From Myxococcota bacterium (GTDB lineage: Bacteria > Myxococcota_A > UBA9160 > UBA6930): DNA of 64,000 nt. The DNA is taken from positions 1,600,001 through 1,664,000 of the forward strand of contig OZ245015.1 of NCBI GenBank assembly GCA_965223705.1, given 5' to 3'. Every line of letters starts with the position of its first letter. The stretch's first letter is position 1. The notes under the pieces were generated by a model that was not told the origin of the DNA, did no database searches, and saw nothing but the letters and a program-made list of their open reading frames with translations. This document shows positions 1 through 9,567 of the stretch, piece by piece. A program made the translations under genes and the position numbers.

Positions 1-280
1 TTTTCATTCCGTGGCCCGTTGCCGTGGGCATCCCATCGCCCCAAGCGAACGCCGGGTTGTGGCAGCTCGCGCAGGAAATAAAGTTCGACTCCGAAAGACG
101 CGGGTCGAAGAAGAGCGTGCGACCGAGCTCCACGCTGGCTTCGCTGTACGGGTTGTCGGAAGGGAAGGGCGGTGTGTCCGGCTTCCGATACTCGTCGCTC
201 GGGGATGTCGAATTCGCTGACAACGCCGCGAGCACAAAGGCAACCGCGACGCCGACTTGGATGAACCTGACTGTTCTCAT
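1..280 (-). CDS. Di-heme cytochrome c peroxidase (CcP/MauG family), 5' part; runs off the window edge
   Basis: Not in the ORF track; translated by hand from the ATG at 280: MRTVRFIQVGVAVAFVLAALSANSTSPSDEYRKPDTPPFPSDNPYSEASVELGRTLFFDPRLSESNFISCASCHNPAFAWGDG... It has a signal-peptide-like N-terminus, the family motif LGRxLFFDPRLS, and a CxxCH heme motif. Confidence 0.9.
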   Translation of the reverse strand, partial: MRTVRFIQVGVAVAFVLAALSANSTSPSDEYRKPDTPPFPSDNPYSEASVELGRTLFFDPRLSESNFISCASCHNPAFAWGDGMPTATGHGMK

Positions 281-366
281 GAAGTGATCTCCGGAAAAAA
301 TCCGTCGCTCTGATCGGATCGGCGTGAGCCGGGCCCGATCGGGTAAACTCGGTAGAAGGCATTCGA

Positions 367-852
367 TTAAGGCGCGAAGTACACGGTGAGCTGGCCCGTG
401 CCGTACCCTTCGACTTCGGTTGTCGTCGCGCTCGCGCTCGCAGACCCCTTCACCACCGCAGCAAATTCGTCAGGGAGGTCGTCCGCCCGGAATTGCACCT
501 CGGTGAGCTTGATATGAGGGCTGTTCTCATCGACGATCGCCACGCCGAGGACATTGAAGACCTCACCCGCGTTCTCTTGGTACTCAGGAGAGAGTTCGCC
601 GGATTTCAGGACATCCTCTGCTACCGCCGCTGGAACCATCGCGAGGCAGGCGCCAAAACGCGCGGCGAACGCCAGGTCGCAAAGCGCGACGGCAGCGACG
701 CCCCCGTCGTCGAAACGGTAACAAGCGAGCCCATACGGCTTACCGGGATCCGGCACATACGGTTTTGAGTCGGACGTCGTGGCGTCCTTGCCGAGAAGGC
801 CCGCCAGCAGTTCTTGAATCGCGTCAGAGTTCGGGTTTATGAGTTGAGTCAC
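367..852 (-). CDS. CheX/CheC-like chemotaxis-associated protein (putative CheY-P phosphatase)
   Basis: 161 aa, GTG start with GAGG RBS. Contains ENAGEVFNV, an E-x2-N motif as in CheC/CheX phosphatases. Divergent from cheY. Confidence 0.55.
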   Translation of the reverse strand: MTQLINPNSDAIQELLAGLLGKDATTSDSKPYVPDPGKPYGLACYRFDDGGVAAVALCDLAFAARFGACLAMVPAAVAEDVLKSGELSPEYQENAGEVFNVLGVAIVDENSPHIKLTEVQFRADDLPDEFAAVVKGSASASATTTEVEGYGTGQLTVYFAP

Positions 853-888
853 TTCCTCAATCCGTGATGAGTGTGTTGTTCTAGGAAG

Positions 889-915
889 CTTTCGGAGCGT
901 TCGTGAGACTTCTGA
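889..915 (-). promoter_or_regulatory. Putative sigma28 (FliA)-type promoter of the CheX-like gene
   Basis: Minus strand reads TCAG-N15-TCCGAAAG against consensus TAAA-N15-GCCGATAA, 36 nt upstream of the GTG. Confidence 0.5.
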
Positions 916-995
916 AGCGATCGCTCGACGTACAGATTTCTACGGACTTATTCCAACTTGAAAAGTTCCGACGACGAGACTCGGTGCGACTCGCT

Positions 996-1022
996 TAAGA
1001 CCGCTTTTGCGAAGTCCGATAG
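996..1022 (+). promoter_or_regulatory. Putative sigma28 (FliA)-type promoter of the che operon
   Basis: TAAG(996-999)-N15-TCCGATAG(1015-1022), followed by RBS GAGGA (1041-1045) and the cheY ATG at 1053. Confidence 0.65.
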
Positions 1023-1052
1023 CGAAGAGCACAACATTCCGAGGAACGCGCG

Positions 1053-1427
1053 ATGAAAATCTTGATCGTTGACGACTCATCGACGATGCGAAAAATCGTT
1101 TCGCGAAACCTACGTCAGGCGGGTGTCAAGACGACGAGCGTCACCGAGGCTTCTGATGGGGTCGAGGCCTGGTCTCTCCTCGAATCCGAGCCGTTCGATC
1201 TCGTGTTCAGTGACGTCAACATGCCGAACATGACAGGGCTCGAACTCCTCGACAAGATTCGCGCTGAAGAAGGCTTGAAGTCTATCCCAGTCATCATGGT
1301 CACGACCGAGAGCACACCGCAGGCGGTCCAGACGTTCTTGGAGCATGGAGCTTCAGGCTGCGTCGGCAAACCCTTCACGCCAGATCGCCTAGAGGCAGTG
1401 GTTTCAGCGGTCCTCGACAAATCGTGA
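1053..1427 (+). CDS. cheY: Chemotaxis response regulator CheY
   Basis: Stand-alone receiver domain: ILIVDDS, SDVNMPNMTG, MVTTE, GKPF. First gene of the che operon. Confidence 0.9.
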   Translation: MKILIVDDSSTMRKIVSRNLRQAGVKTTSVTEASDGVEAWSLLESEPFDLVFSDVNMPNMTGLELLDKIRAEEGLKSIPVIMVTTESTPQAVQTFLEHGASGCVGKPFTPDRLEAVVSAVLDKS

Positions 1428-3898
1428 CGGAGTCCGGCGAGTACGACACCGAACTTCTTCTCGAGTTCAAAATCGAGGCCGAGGAACACCTCGGAGAAGT
1501 CGAGCCCGCAATCCTCGAGATGGACGGGTGTGAACCCGAACGTAGGCAAGACCTCGTCAATCTTGTCTTCCGAGCGGTCCACAGTGTGAAGGGGGCCTCC
1601 GGTTTCTTCGGCCTGACCCGGGTTCAGGATCTTTCCCACAGTATGGAGAGTCTCCTCATGAAAGTTCGGGATGGTGAAATGTCCTTCCATCCCGAGATGG
1701 TGGAGCCGCTACTCGCCGGGCTCGACAAACTGCAGGCCCTCGTCGAAGCGCTGCCCGACGTGTTGGAGCTACCCATCGAGGACGAGATCGCGGACGTGAA
1801 CGCAGTGTTGGCCTCGGGTGCACCGATCGAGACCGAAGTGGTGTCCAGGGAAGCGACCGATCGCGAAGTGCTTCCATCACCCGAAAGGTTCGGCCTCGTT
1901 GTAACCGCAAAGATGCTCAACGAAGCGCGTTGCTTCGGCCAGCGGGTTCTCGCGGTCGTGTTTTCGGACACGACCTCGCAGGAAGACGTTGTCCTGGCGA
2001 GGCAGAAACTCCGATCTCACGGGGAGGAGCTGGATTTCAGTGCCAGCGGTCCCGGGCCCGCACTGCTGGCGAAGAGCGTGCTGGAAGCCGAAGCCCTGGA
2101 AGCCGAACTCCAACCGGTGGAAGTTTCAATCCGCGAGTGCGAAGAACCGACCGAGGCCGTCACCCACCCGCCCCAGCAAGACGGGGAATCGAGACTCCGG
2201 CCGACCGACGAGGAGCGCAAGGCGCCCCAAGGCGCCGGTGCCGGGAGGGATGGCGAGACGATACGAGTCAACGTTCGGCTTCTCGATAAATTGATGAACC
2301 TCGCCGGAGAGCTCGTGCTCTCGCGCAACCAGCTACTTCGGGGGCTCGGGACGCATTACGGCGGTACGACCGCGAGCGTCCTCCAGGATCTCGATCTGAT
2401 CACGAGCGAGCTCCAGGGCAACATTATGAACACCCGAATGCAGCCGGTGGGAGCGGTGTTCAAGAAATTCTCCCGCATCGTCCGCGATCTCTCGCGAAAG
2501 CTCGACAAACGGACGAAGCTGGTTCTCGAAGGGACCGATGTGGAGCTCGACAAATCGATCATCGAGCTCCTGTCCGATCCCTTGACCCATCTTGTTCGCA
2601 ACGCCCTCGACCACGGACTCGAGACCCCCGCCGCCCGAGAAGCGGCCGCCAAAGACAGCGAGGGAACGCTTTGGCTCCGGGCTTTTCACGAGGGTGGACA
2701 AGTACATATCGAAATTGAAGACAACGGCGCGGGTATCGACCCCGAGCGGATGCGCAACCTCGCTGTCGAGCGGGGCTCGCTCTCGCGAGACGAAGCGTCC
2801 GGGTTGTCCGACCGTGAGGCCCGCATGCTCATCTTCGGCGCCGGCTTCTCGACAGCCTCCGAAGTAACGGACGTGTCCGGTCGTGGGGTGGGAATGGACG
2901 TTGTGAAGTCCAACATCGCGAAGCTCGGTGGCAAGATCGAGCTGGACAGTGAAGTCGGAGTCGGAACCAAAGTCACGATTCGGCTACCACTCACGCTGGC
3001 GATCATTCCTTCTCTCATTGTGAGTAGCGGGGGCGAGAGATTCGCCGTTCCCCAAGTCAATCTCGTGGAACTCGTTCGCGTCGGAACCGACCAAGCGGAC
3101 ACGCTCTCCGCGGTGCAAGGAGCCGAGGTGCTTCCACTTCGAGGAAAGCTCCTGCCTTTGGTCCGCCTCGAAACGGTTCTGGGCGGCGATCATCCGGGCG
3201 CGACAGCGAGGCGAGCGAGTAAGCACCGAGTATTGACGGTGGCAGTTCTTCAGGTTGGCGCCGCTCAGTTCGGGTTGGTCGTGGATGGCGTCCTCGACAG
3301 CGAGGAGATCGTAGTGAAGCCCCTCGCGAGAATCTTCGATCGCTGCCGTGTGTACGCCGGTGCGACGATCATGGGCGACGGGAAGGTCGCCATGATCCTC
3401 GATGCCGCCGGTCTGGCGGCGGAAGCGGGGATCGAAGTCGGGGATGAACCGAGAGCGGAAGCCCTCGCGGAGGCTACGGACCGCCGTCAGGTCATCGTGT
3501 TCTCAAATGCGCCCCAAGAGTTCTTCGCCGTCGATCTCAAGCAGATCGTGCGGCTGGAGAAGATCGACACTTCGGAGATCGAACAAGCGGCCGGTCAAGA
3601 GTACGTCCAGTATCGCGGTAGCGGGCTTCCCGTGATCCGTTTGGAGGACGAGCTGCCGGTACGCCCCTTGCCCGAGGACGCGTCATCTCTCTTCGTACTT
3701 GTACCGCGTACGACGCAGAAGCCACACGGGATATTGGTGGGCCGCGTGGTCGACACGCTCGAAACCGCCGCCGAGAACCTCGAACCGGTGGAGGAGCCCG
3801 ACAGCGCTATCTCGGGTCGAATCGTACTCGACGGGCGGCTTACCCTCCTCCTCGATGCGGAGCACTTGGCTTCGAACTGGTTGGGTCGCGCGGCGTGA
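1424..3898 (+). CDS. cheA: Chemotaxis histidine kinase CheA with two CheW-like domains
   Basis: Hpt domain (FRAVHSVKG), dimerisation domain (LDKLMNLAGELVLSRNQL), HATPase domain (HLVRNALDHG, GFSTA, SGRGVGMDVV), a P5 domain and a second C-terminal CheW-like domain. GTGA overlap with cheY. Confidence 0.95.
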   Translation: MTESGEYDTELLLEFKIEAEEHLGEVEPAILEMDGCEPERRQDLVNLVFRAVHSVKGASGFFGLTRVQDLSHSMESLLMKVRDGEMSFHPEMVEPLLAGLDKLQALVEALPDVLELPIEDEIADVNAVLASGAPIETEVVSREATDREVLPSPERFGLVVTAKMLNEARCFGQRVLAVVFSDTTSQEDVVLARQKLRSHGEELDFSASGPGPALLAKSVLEAEALEAELQPVEVSIRECEEPTEAVTHPPQQDGESRLRPTDEERKAPQGAGAGRDGETIRVNVRLLDKLMNLAGELVLSRNQLLRGLGTHYGGTTASVLQDLDLITSELQGNIMNTRMQPVGAVFKKFSRIVRDLSRKLDKRTKLVLEGTDVELDKSIIELLSDPLTHLVRNALDHGLETPAAREAAAKDSEGTLWLRAFHEGGQVHIEIEDNGAGIDPERMRNLAVERGSLSRDEASGLSDREARMLIFGAGFSTASEVTDVSGRGVGMDVVKSNIAKLGGKIELDSEVGVGTKVTIRLPLTLAIIPSLIVSSGGERFAVPQVNLVELVRVGTDQADTLSAVQGAEVLPLRGKLLPLVRLETVLGGDHPGATARRASKHRVLTVAVLQVGAAQFGLVVDGVLDSEEIVVKPLARIFDRCRVYAGATIMGDGKVAMILDAAGLAAEAGIEVGDEPRAEALAEATDRRQVIVFSNAPQEFFAVDLKQIVRLEKIDTSEIEQAAGQEYVQYRGSGLPVIRLEDELPVRPLPEDASSLFVLVPRTTQKPHGILVGRVVDTLETAAENLEPVEEPDSAISGRIVLDGRLTLLLDAEHLASNWLGRAA

Positions 3899-4428
3899 GT
3901 GTAAACGACGTGTGCGCCACTTGGATCGATGAGTCCGTCACCCACGGGTTGGCGTCCTTCCGGGTCGACGATGCTCTGTTCGCCGTGCAGATTCGCCTCG
4001 TTCGAGAAATCAATCGTCATCTCGACCTCACTGTGGTGCGGCGTGCGCCGGAACACGTCCGCGGCCTCATCAACCTTCGCGGCCAGCTCGTCACCATCGT
4101 CGATCTGGGAGCGCGGTTGGGGTTGGGGCTCCGCGATGTCGGCGCCTCGAGCCACCTCATCGTGCTGAAGACGAACACCGAGCTCGTCGAAATCGGTGCG
4201 GCGGAGTTGCGAACCTCCGATGACAAGGTGGGTCTCCTCGTCGATGAAATCGGCGATGTGGTTTCGCCCACCGAGCACGACCTCGAGCCGCCGCCAGCGC
4301 ACCTCGACGACACGGGCGCCGAGCACCTCGCCGGCGTGTGCAAGCGCGACGCGCAGACGGTGACGGTTTTGGATGTCGAGTCGCTTCTCCGCAGCGATGA
4401 CGCGGACTCAAGCGCGCTATCTGCGTAA
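3895..4428 (+). CDS. cheW: Chemotaxis coupling protein CheW
   Basis: Motifs [17 protein letters not shown] and [11 protein letters not shown]. 4-nt overlap with cheA. Confidence 0.93.
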   Translation: MSVNDVCATWIDESVTHGLASFRVDDALFAVQIRLVREINRHLDLTVVRRAPEHVRGLINLRGQLVTIVDLGARLGLGLRDVGASSHLIVLKTNTELVEIGAAELRTSDDKVGLLVDEIGDVVSPTEHDLEPPPAHLDDTGAEHLAGVCKRDAQTVTVLDVESLLRSDDADSSALSA

Positions 4429-4450
4429 CTGCTTCAGAAAAGGGAGCCGC

Positions 4451-6976
4451 ATGGTCAAAATCACCGAAGCCCTGTCGAAGAACTTGATTGTCCCGTTCTT
4501 GATCGTGGGTCTGGCGCCTGTCCTTGTCGTCGCGAGCGTTTCGCTCTTTCGCGGCGAGATCGCTCTCACCGAGGCGGTTTCGAAAGCGAAAGAGGCACTT
4601 CGGGATCAGGTGAGCAGCCGCCTCGTGTCGACCCGTGGAGAGAAGCGCGCGGGAATCGAGCGCTACTTCCAAACCATCGAAGATCAAGTGCGGACCTTCA
4701 GCGAGAGCCGTATGGCGATCGACGCTCTGAACGGATTTCGCGGTGCGTTCGACAGCTTCGGGGAGATCGAAGAGATTTCCCTCGAAGATCTCGACAGCAA
4801 GCGACTTTCTCTCGAGAGCTACTACGTTGGTGACTTCAGCCGAGAATTTGAACGTCGGACGGGTTCTCGAGGATCGTGGCAGTCCCTATACAGCGGTCTC
4901 GACGTGGCCGCCAAGCGACTCCAACACGCCTACGTCAGCGAAAACACCCACCCCTTCGGTTCCAAGCAGAGGCTAGATCGCGCCGCGGGTTCCGAGTTTT
5001 ATCACGATCTGCACGAGATCTATCACCCGCCGATTCGGAGCTACCTCGAGAAATTCGGGTACTACGATGTTTTCCTAGTCGACGGCGATACGGGAAACAT
5101 CGTGTACTCGGTGATGAAGTCGGTCGACTATGCGACTTCGCTGATCGATGGCCCGTACGCTGACACCAACATCGCCAGGGCGTTTCGCGCGGCGAACCAG
5201 GCGACAGATCCGAACGTCGCGGTGCTGGTCGATTTCGAGCCGTACACGCCGGCTTATCGCGCTCCGGCGGGCTTCATCGCTTCGCTGGTCGTAGACGGGG
5301 ATCAGAAGCTCGGCGTGGTCATCTTTCAAATGCCTCTCGATCGGATCACAGAGGTGATGTCGGGTCGCGAGGGGATCGGTGAGACAGGGGAGGTATTCCT
5401 CGTCGGTCCCGACAAACTGCCGCGTTCGGACGTCCCCGGAGACCCCTCGGACCGGAGCGTGGTGGCTGCTTTCCGTTCGCCAGAGCGAGCTGCCATCGAA
5501 ACAGAGAGTGTTCGGCGCGCACTCGCCGGTGAGAGCGGAGTGGCGGTTTCCCTGGGCTACCACGGCGGCGAAGTTCTGAGCGCATTCGAGCCCGTCGAAC
5601 TCGGTGGACATCGCTGGGCCGTCGTGGCGGAGATCAGCACGGCGGAGGCGTACGCCTCGGTGCAGGAGCTCGAAACGGTGAAATCCGCTGCGGGAACCAG
5701 TCTCTTGTGGTGGAGTGGCGGAATCGTGGCCGTTGCGTCCATCTTGATCTGCTGGTTTGCGCGCTCTGTGTCTCGCGTACTGAAGCGTCCGATCCGCGAA
5801 ATGCTCGCCTCGATCGACGCTGCCGCGGACGGAGATCTCACCCAACCGCCGAAAATTCGATCGGCCGATGAAATCGGTCAGATGGCCGGTCGGTTTGGAG
5901 AATTTCTCACGGCTCTCCGAGGGAGTCTCGCCGAAATCAAGCGTCACGGTGCGGATCTCAAGGAGGCGTCGACCGAACTCTCCGGGGTGTCGGGCCAGAT
6001 CGCGGGTGAAATTTCGCAGATGCACGAGCACGCGAACGGCGTTAGTGGGACGACGGAACAGCTGTCGGGAAATATCTCGACCGTGGCCGCGGCGGTGGAG
6101 CAGTCCACGACGAATATCAGAAACGTGGCTGCAGCAGTTGAGGAGATGTCGACGAACCTTGCAACGGTCTCGAGCAATGTCGAGGGGATGGCAGCGAGCG
6201 TCAACAGTGTGGCTGAATCCATCGAAGGGATGAGCGGTTCGCTAGGGACCGTCGCCGACCGTTCGGATCAGGCGGCGGAAATCTCCACACGCGCGGCCGA
6301 ATCGGCCAAGCTCACCAATGACACGGTCAAGCACCTCGGCAAATCCGCCCAAGAGATCGGACATGTTGTTGGCGTGATCAACGACATCGCAGAACAGACG
6401 AACCTCCTCGCGCTCAACGCGACGATCGAGGCGGCATCCGCCGGCGAGGCCGGTCGCGGCTTCGCGGTCGTGGCGAACGAGGTGAAAGAGCTCGCGAAGC
6501 AGACCGCATCTGCCACAGAGGAGATTCGGCTCAAGATCCAAGGGATGCAAGACAACACGAAGAGCTCGGTCTCAGCAATCCAGGAAATCGTAGGAACGAT
6601 CGACGAAATCAACGAGATTTCCCAGGAAATCGCGACGTCGGTGGCGGAACAGCGAGGCCAGGCGAAGGAAATTGCGGCGGCAGTATCGGAGGCCGCTGAG
6701 TCGGCCACTGTCGTGAACGTGACCGTGCGGGAGTGCTCCAATGGAGCGACCCAGGTGGCGGAAAACGCCGAGGAACTCTCGAAGGGTTCCAACGAAATCG
6801 CCCACAGCGCCGCCGAAGCGTCGACCGGAGCCACCGAGACGTCCGAGAGCATGAAGAGCATGAGCAGCAGCATCCGCCAGTCCGCCGGCGGTGCCTCGCG
6901 GGTCGACGAGTCCGCAAAGATGCTGAACGAACTCGCCGGCAACCTGCACGAATTGGTCGGGAGGTTCCAAGTTTAG
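4451..6976 (+). CDS. Methyl-accepting chemotaxis protein (TM - Cache-like periplasmic domain - TM - HAMP - long signalling domain)
   Basis: Start moved to ATG 4451 (GGGAG RBS). Two TM segments, HAMP (DEIGQMA), and hairpin motif [37 protein letters not shown]. Confidence 0.95.
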   Translation: MVKITEALSKNLIVPFLIVGLAPVLVVASVSLFRGEIALTEAVSKAKEALRDQVSSRLVSTRGEKRAGIERYFQTIEDQVRTFSESRMAIDALNGFRGAFDSFGEIEEISLEDLDSKRLSLESYYVGDFSREFERRTGSRGSWQSLYSGLDVAAKRLQHAYVSENTHPFGSKQRLDRAAGSEFYHDLHEIYHPPIRSYLEKFGYYDVFLVDGDTGNIVYSVMKSVDYATSLIDGPYADTNIARAFRAANQATDPNVAVLVDFEPYTPAYRAPAGFIASLVVDGDQKLGVVIFQMPLDRITEVMSGREGIGETGEVFLVGPDKLPRSDVPGDPSDRSVVAAFRSPERAAIETESVRRALAGESGVAVSLGYHGGEVLSAFEPVELGGHRWAVVAEISTAEAYASVQELETVKSAAGTSLLWWSGGIVAVASILICWFARSVSRVLKRPIREMLASIDAAADGDLTQPPKIRSADEIGQMAGRFGEFLTALRGSLAEIKRHGADLKEASTELSGVSGQIAGEISQMHEHANGVSGTTEQLSGNISTVAAAVEQSTTNIRNVAAAVEEMSTNLATVSSNVEGMAASVNSVAESIEGMSGSLGTVADRSDQAAEISTRAAESAKLTNDTVKHLGKSAQEIGHVVGVINDIAEQTNLLALNATIEAASAGEAGRGFAVVANEVKELAKQTASATEEIRLKIQGMQDNTKSSVSAIQEIVGTIDEINEISQEIATSVAEQRGQAKEIAAAVSEAAESATVVNVTVRECSNGATQVAENAEELSKGSNEIAHSAAEASTGATETSESMKSMSSSIRQSAGGASRVDESAKMLNELAGNLHELVGRFQV

Positions 6977-8041
6977 ATGCCCAACCTCAATCAAGGCGTG
7001 AGCGTTCTCGTGGCCGAGGGTTCGCGCACCTTCCGGAAGACCCTCTCCGAGATCGTTTGTGATCACGCGGACGCCAAATTGATCGGCGAGGTCGCAAGTG
7101 ACCGAGAGACCCTTGAGTTCGCGCGCGAACTCGATCCGGATCTCATTCTCCTAGACGTCGACATGCCGGAGCTCGGCGGGTTGCAGACGCTCCAAGACAT
7201 CATCGCTGACCGGGAGGATGCGCGGGTGGCGATCGTGTCGGCGGTCGCAGACGCCAAAGAGACGATGCGCGCGCTCGCGCTCGGAGCCATCGAAGTCATT
7301 CAACGACCAGAACACGACGAAGGGGTAGAAGATCTCCGTCGTCGCGTCGGGCGCGCCATCGCGTCGGTCAAAGCCGCGCGGAAGCCGGTTCTCGAGTCGA
7401 AGATGTCGGCGCATTCCCGAGAGTATTCCGGCCCGTCGGCTCCGGGGCGCGCTGCCGACCTGGTGGCTATTGCGATATCGACCGGGGGACCGAAGGCCCT
7501 CTCGACGCTTCTTCCCCAGTTGCCGGCAGATTTGGACTGCCCCGTCCTCGTCGTTCAGCACATGGCGGGCGGGTTCACCCGCTCGCTAGCCGAATCGCTC
7601 GATCGCCGCTGCGCTATGGACGTGAGAGAAGCGTCGGAAGGAGAGCACGTCGAGCCGAACACGGTCCTGCTTGCTCCCGGCGGGCGTCACATGGGAGTGA
7701 CGAGGGGCCGGGGCCGCGGGCGGTTGCGCATCGAGCTCTCCGACGACGCTCAGGAGAACGGGTGCCGCCCCGCGGCCAACGTGTTGTTCCGATCCATCGC
7801 GCGGGAGTTCCCAGGACGTGTGCTCGCGATCGTCATGACCGGCATGGGGTGTGACGGCCTCGACGGGGTTGAGGCTCTGAAAGCAGCCGATACCTATTGC
7901 CTCGCTCAAGACCGAGACTCGTCCGTGGTGTACGGGATGCCACGCCTCGTGGCTGAGGCGGGCTTTGCGGACGAAGTCGTGTCGCTTGCGCAGATGGCGG
8001 ACCGGATCAAACGCCTTGTTCGAGGCACGCCCCTGGGATGA
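6977..8041 (+). CDS. cheB: Chemotaxis methylesterase CheB (receiver + methylesterase)
   Basis: Catalytic motifs ISTGGP, VQHM and MTGMGCDG. N-terminal receiver domain with LDVDMP. Confidence 0.95.
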   Translation: MPNLNQGVSVLVAEGSRTFRKTLSEIVCDHADAKLIGEVASDRETLEFARELDPDLILLDVDMPELGGLQTLQDIIADREDARVAIVSAVADAKETMRALALGAIEVIQRPEHDEGVEDLRRRVGRAIASVKAARKPVLESKMSAHSREYSGPSAPGRAADLVAIAISTGGPKALSTLLPQLPADLDCPVLVVQHMAGGFTRSLAESLDRRCAMDVREASEGEHVEPNTVLLAPGGRHMGVTRGRGRGRLRIELSDDAQENGCRPAANVLFRSIAREFPGRVLAIVMTGMGCDGLDGVEALKAADTYCLAQDRDSSVVYGMPRLVAEAGFADEVVSLAQMADRIKRLVRGTPLG

Positions 8042-8889
8042 ATCTCGCCCTTACCTCCGAAACATTCGAGCTGCTGCGCGAGCACATCGAAGAACAGTGC
8101 GGAGTCGCCCTCGCACCCGGCAAGGAATACCTGGTTCGAACGCGGCTCGGGCCACTGCTACCGCGCCACGGCTGTGGGAGCTTTCCGGAGTTCCTGCGAC
8201 TGCTGCAGAGCCGCTCTGACGTCGCACTGCGAGACGAAGTCGTGGACGCCATGACGACGAATGAGACTCTATGGTTTCGCGACGAGGGCCCCTGGGCGAT
8301 TCTCAGGGAAACGCTACTCCCGACTCTGTGCAGAGCAATCGAGTCGGGGGCGAGATCCAAGGTCAGGATCTGGTCGGCGGCATGCTCGACAGGCCAAGAA
8401 CCCTACTCCATCGCGATCTCCATTCTCGACGCCATCGACCGTGAGAATCGAGCGGTCGACGCGAAGCAGTTCGAGATTTTGGGAACCGACGTGTCCCCCG
8501 CTGTCCTGTCGGTTGCGGAAGCGGCGATCTACAGCCAATTGGGTGCGACCCGGGGATTGGGTGACGAAGCGGAGTCACCCCATTTCGAGCGAGAGGGGGC
8601 GGAACTGCGCGTCGCTCCACACGTTCGGGAACTCGTGAGCTTCCGACGCCACAATCTTCAGGAGTCGTTCGAGGATCTTGGAAGCTTTGACATCGTCTTC
8701 TGCCGAAACGTGCTGATCTATTTTTCCGAAAGTCTCCGGAATCGAGTGATAGAGGGTCTGACGCGGGTCCTGCGACCCGGTGGGGCGCTGATCCTGGGCG
8801 CCTCGGAGTCGCTTCGAGGCTCGACGGGCATGCTCACCCTGGAGAGAAGCGGTAGGTATTTCTACTACCGCCCTGCAGGGGATCAATAG
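8038..8889 (+). CDS. cheR: Chemotaxis methyltransferase CheR
   Basis: Motifs TTNETLWFRD, IWSAACSTGQEPYSIA, FDIVFCRNVLIYF. Confidence 0.95.
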   Translation: MNLALTSETFELLREHIEEQCGVALAPGKEYLVRTRLGPLLPRHGCGSFPEFLRLLQSRSDVALRDEVVDAMTTNETLWFRDEGPWAILRETLLPTLCRAIESGARSKVRIWSAACSTGQEPYSIAISILDAIDRENRAVDAKQFEILGTDVSPAVLSVAEAAIYSQLGATRGLGDEAESPHFEREGAELRVAPHVRELVSFRRHNLQESFEDLGSFDIVFCRNVLIYFSESLRNRVIEGLTRVLRPGGALILGASESLRGSTGMLTLERSGRYFYYRPAGDQ

Positions 8890-9134
8890 CGCTGCCCTGA
8901 TTTGGGCACCCGAACCTCACGAGGGCGCCGGCGCAAGATCTTCCGCACTACAACACCGATGAGAATCATCGCGCCGACGTCCCACGCGCAGAACTTTCCG
9001 ACGCGGTAGTAGGGAAGATATTCCCACCAACCATTCCGATCGATGATGAACTCCTCGATCATCACCCACGTATTGAAAAAGGTCAGCCAGACGGCGAAGC
9101 GAACGAGACCCGGAAGCTGTTTTCGTTCTGACAT
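8883..9134 (-). CDS. Small hypothetical membrane protein (83 aa), probable target of the MerR-family regulator
   Basis: Two hydrophobic segments and a basic tail. Fills the gap between cheR and the regulator and lies directly downstream of a MerR-type promoter. Confidence 0.7.
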   Translation of the reverse strand: MSERKQLPGLVRFAVWLTFFNTWVMIEEFIIDRNGWWEYLPYYRVGKFCAWDVGAMILIGVVVRKILRRRPREVRVPKSGQRY

Positions 9135-9142
9135 AGCGAGAT

Positions 9143-9173
9143 AAGCTACGGATTGAAGTGCGCTTCAAGTCAA
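9143..9173 (-). promoter_or_regulatory. MerR/SoxR-type promoter-operator with a 19-bp spacer and dyad
   Basis: Minus strand: -35 TTGACT (9173-9168), 19-bp spacer, -10 TAGCTT (9148-9143). Inverted repeat TTGAAG-tgcg-CTTCAA at 9153-9168. Confidence 0.85.
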
Positions 9174-9183
9174 GGGGACAGCG

Positions 9184-9567
9184 ATGAAAGAACTCGACAT
9201 CGGCGAAGTGGCGCGACGCGTAGGGATCGCACCCTCGACGCTTCGGTACTACGAACGCGAGCGTCTGATCCCCGCGGCGCCGCGCCGCGGCGGCCGCCGA
9301 GTCTACGGCGAGGAAGTCCTCGATCGTTTGACGATCGTCCAGATGGCGAAAAGCGCGGGATTTACTTTGGCGGAGGTTCGCGAGCTGCTTTCTGGGGCGT
9401 CACCTGCGACGAGACCCGGGCGCCGTTGGCGCGCGTTCGCGCGCACGAAGCGGGCCGAACTCGAAGCGCGAATTGAGGAGGCGGAGCGGATGAGAGCGGT
9501 GCTCGAAGCGCTCGCGAGCTGTCGTTGCCGAACGTTTGAAGAATGTGCGGAGGCCGCTCGGACCTAG
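9184..9567 (+). CDS. MerR-family (SoxR-like) transcriptional regulator
   Basis: HTH motif LDIGEVARRVGIAPSTLRYYE...GRRVY, AGFTLAEVRELL, and a C-terminal Cys cluster CRCRTFEEC. Confidence 0.92.
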   Translation: MKELDIGEVARRVGIAPSTLRYYERERLIPAAPRRGGRRVYGEEVLDRLTIVQMAKSAGFTLAEVRELLSGASPATRPGRRWRAFARTKRAELEARIEEAERMRAVLEALASCRCRTFEECAEAART

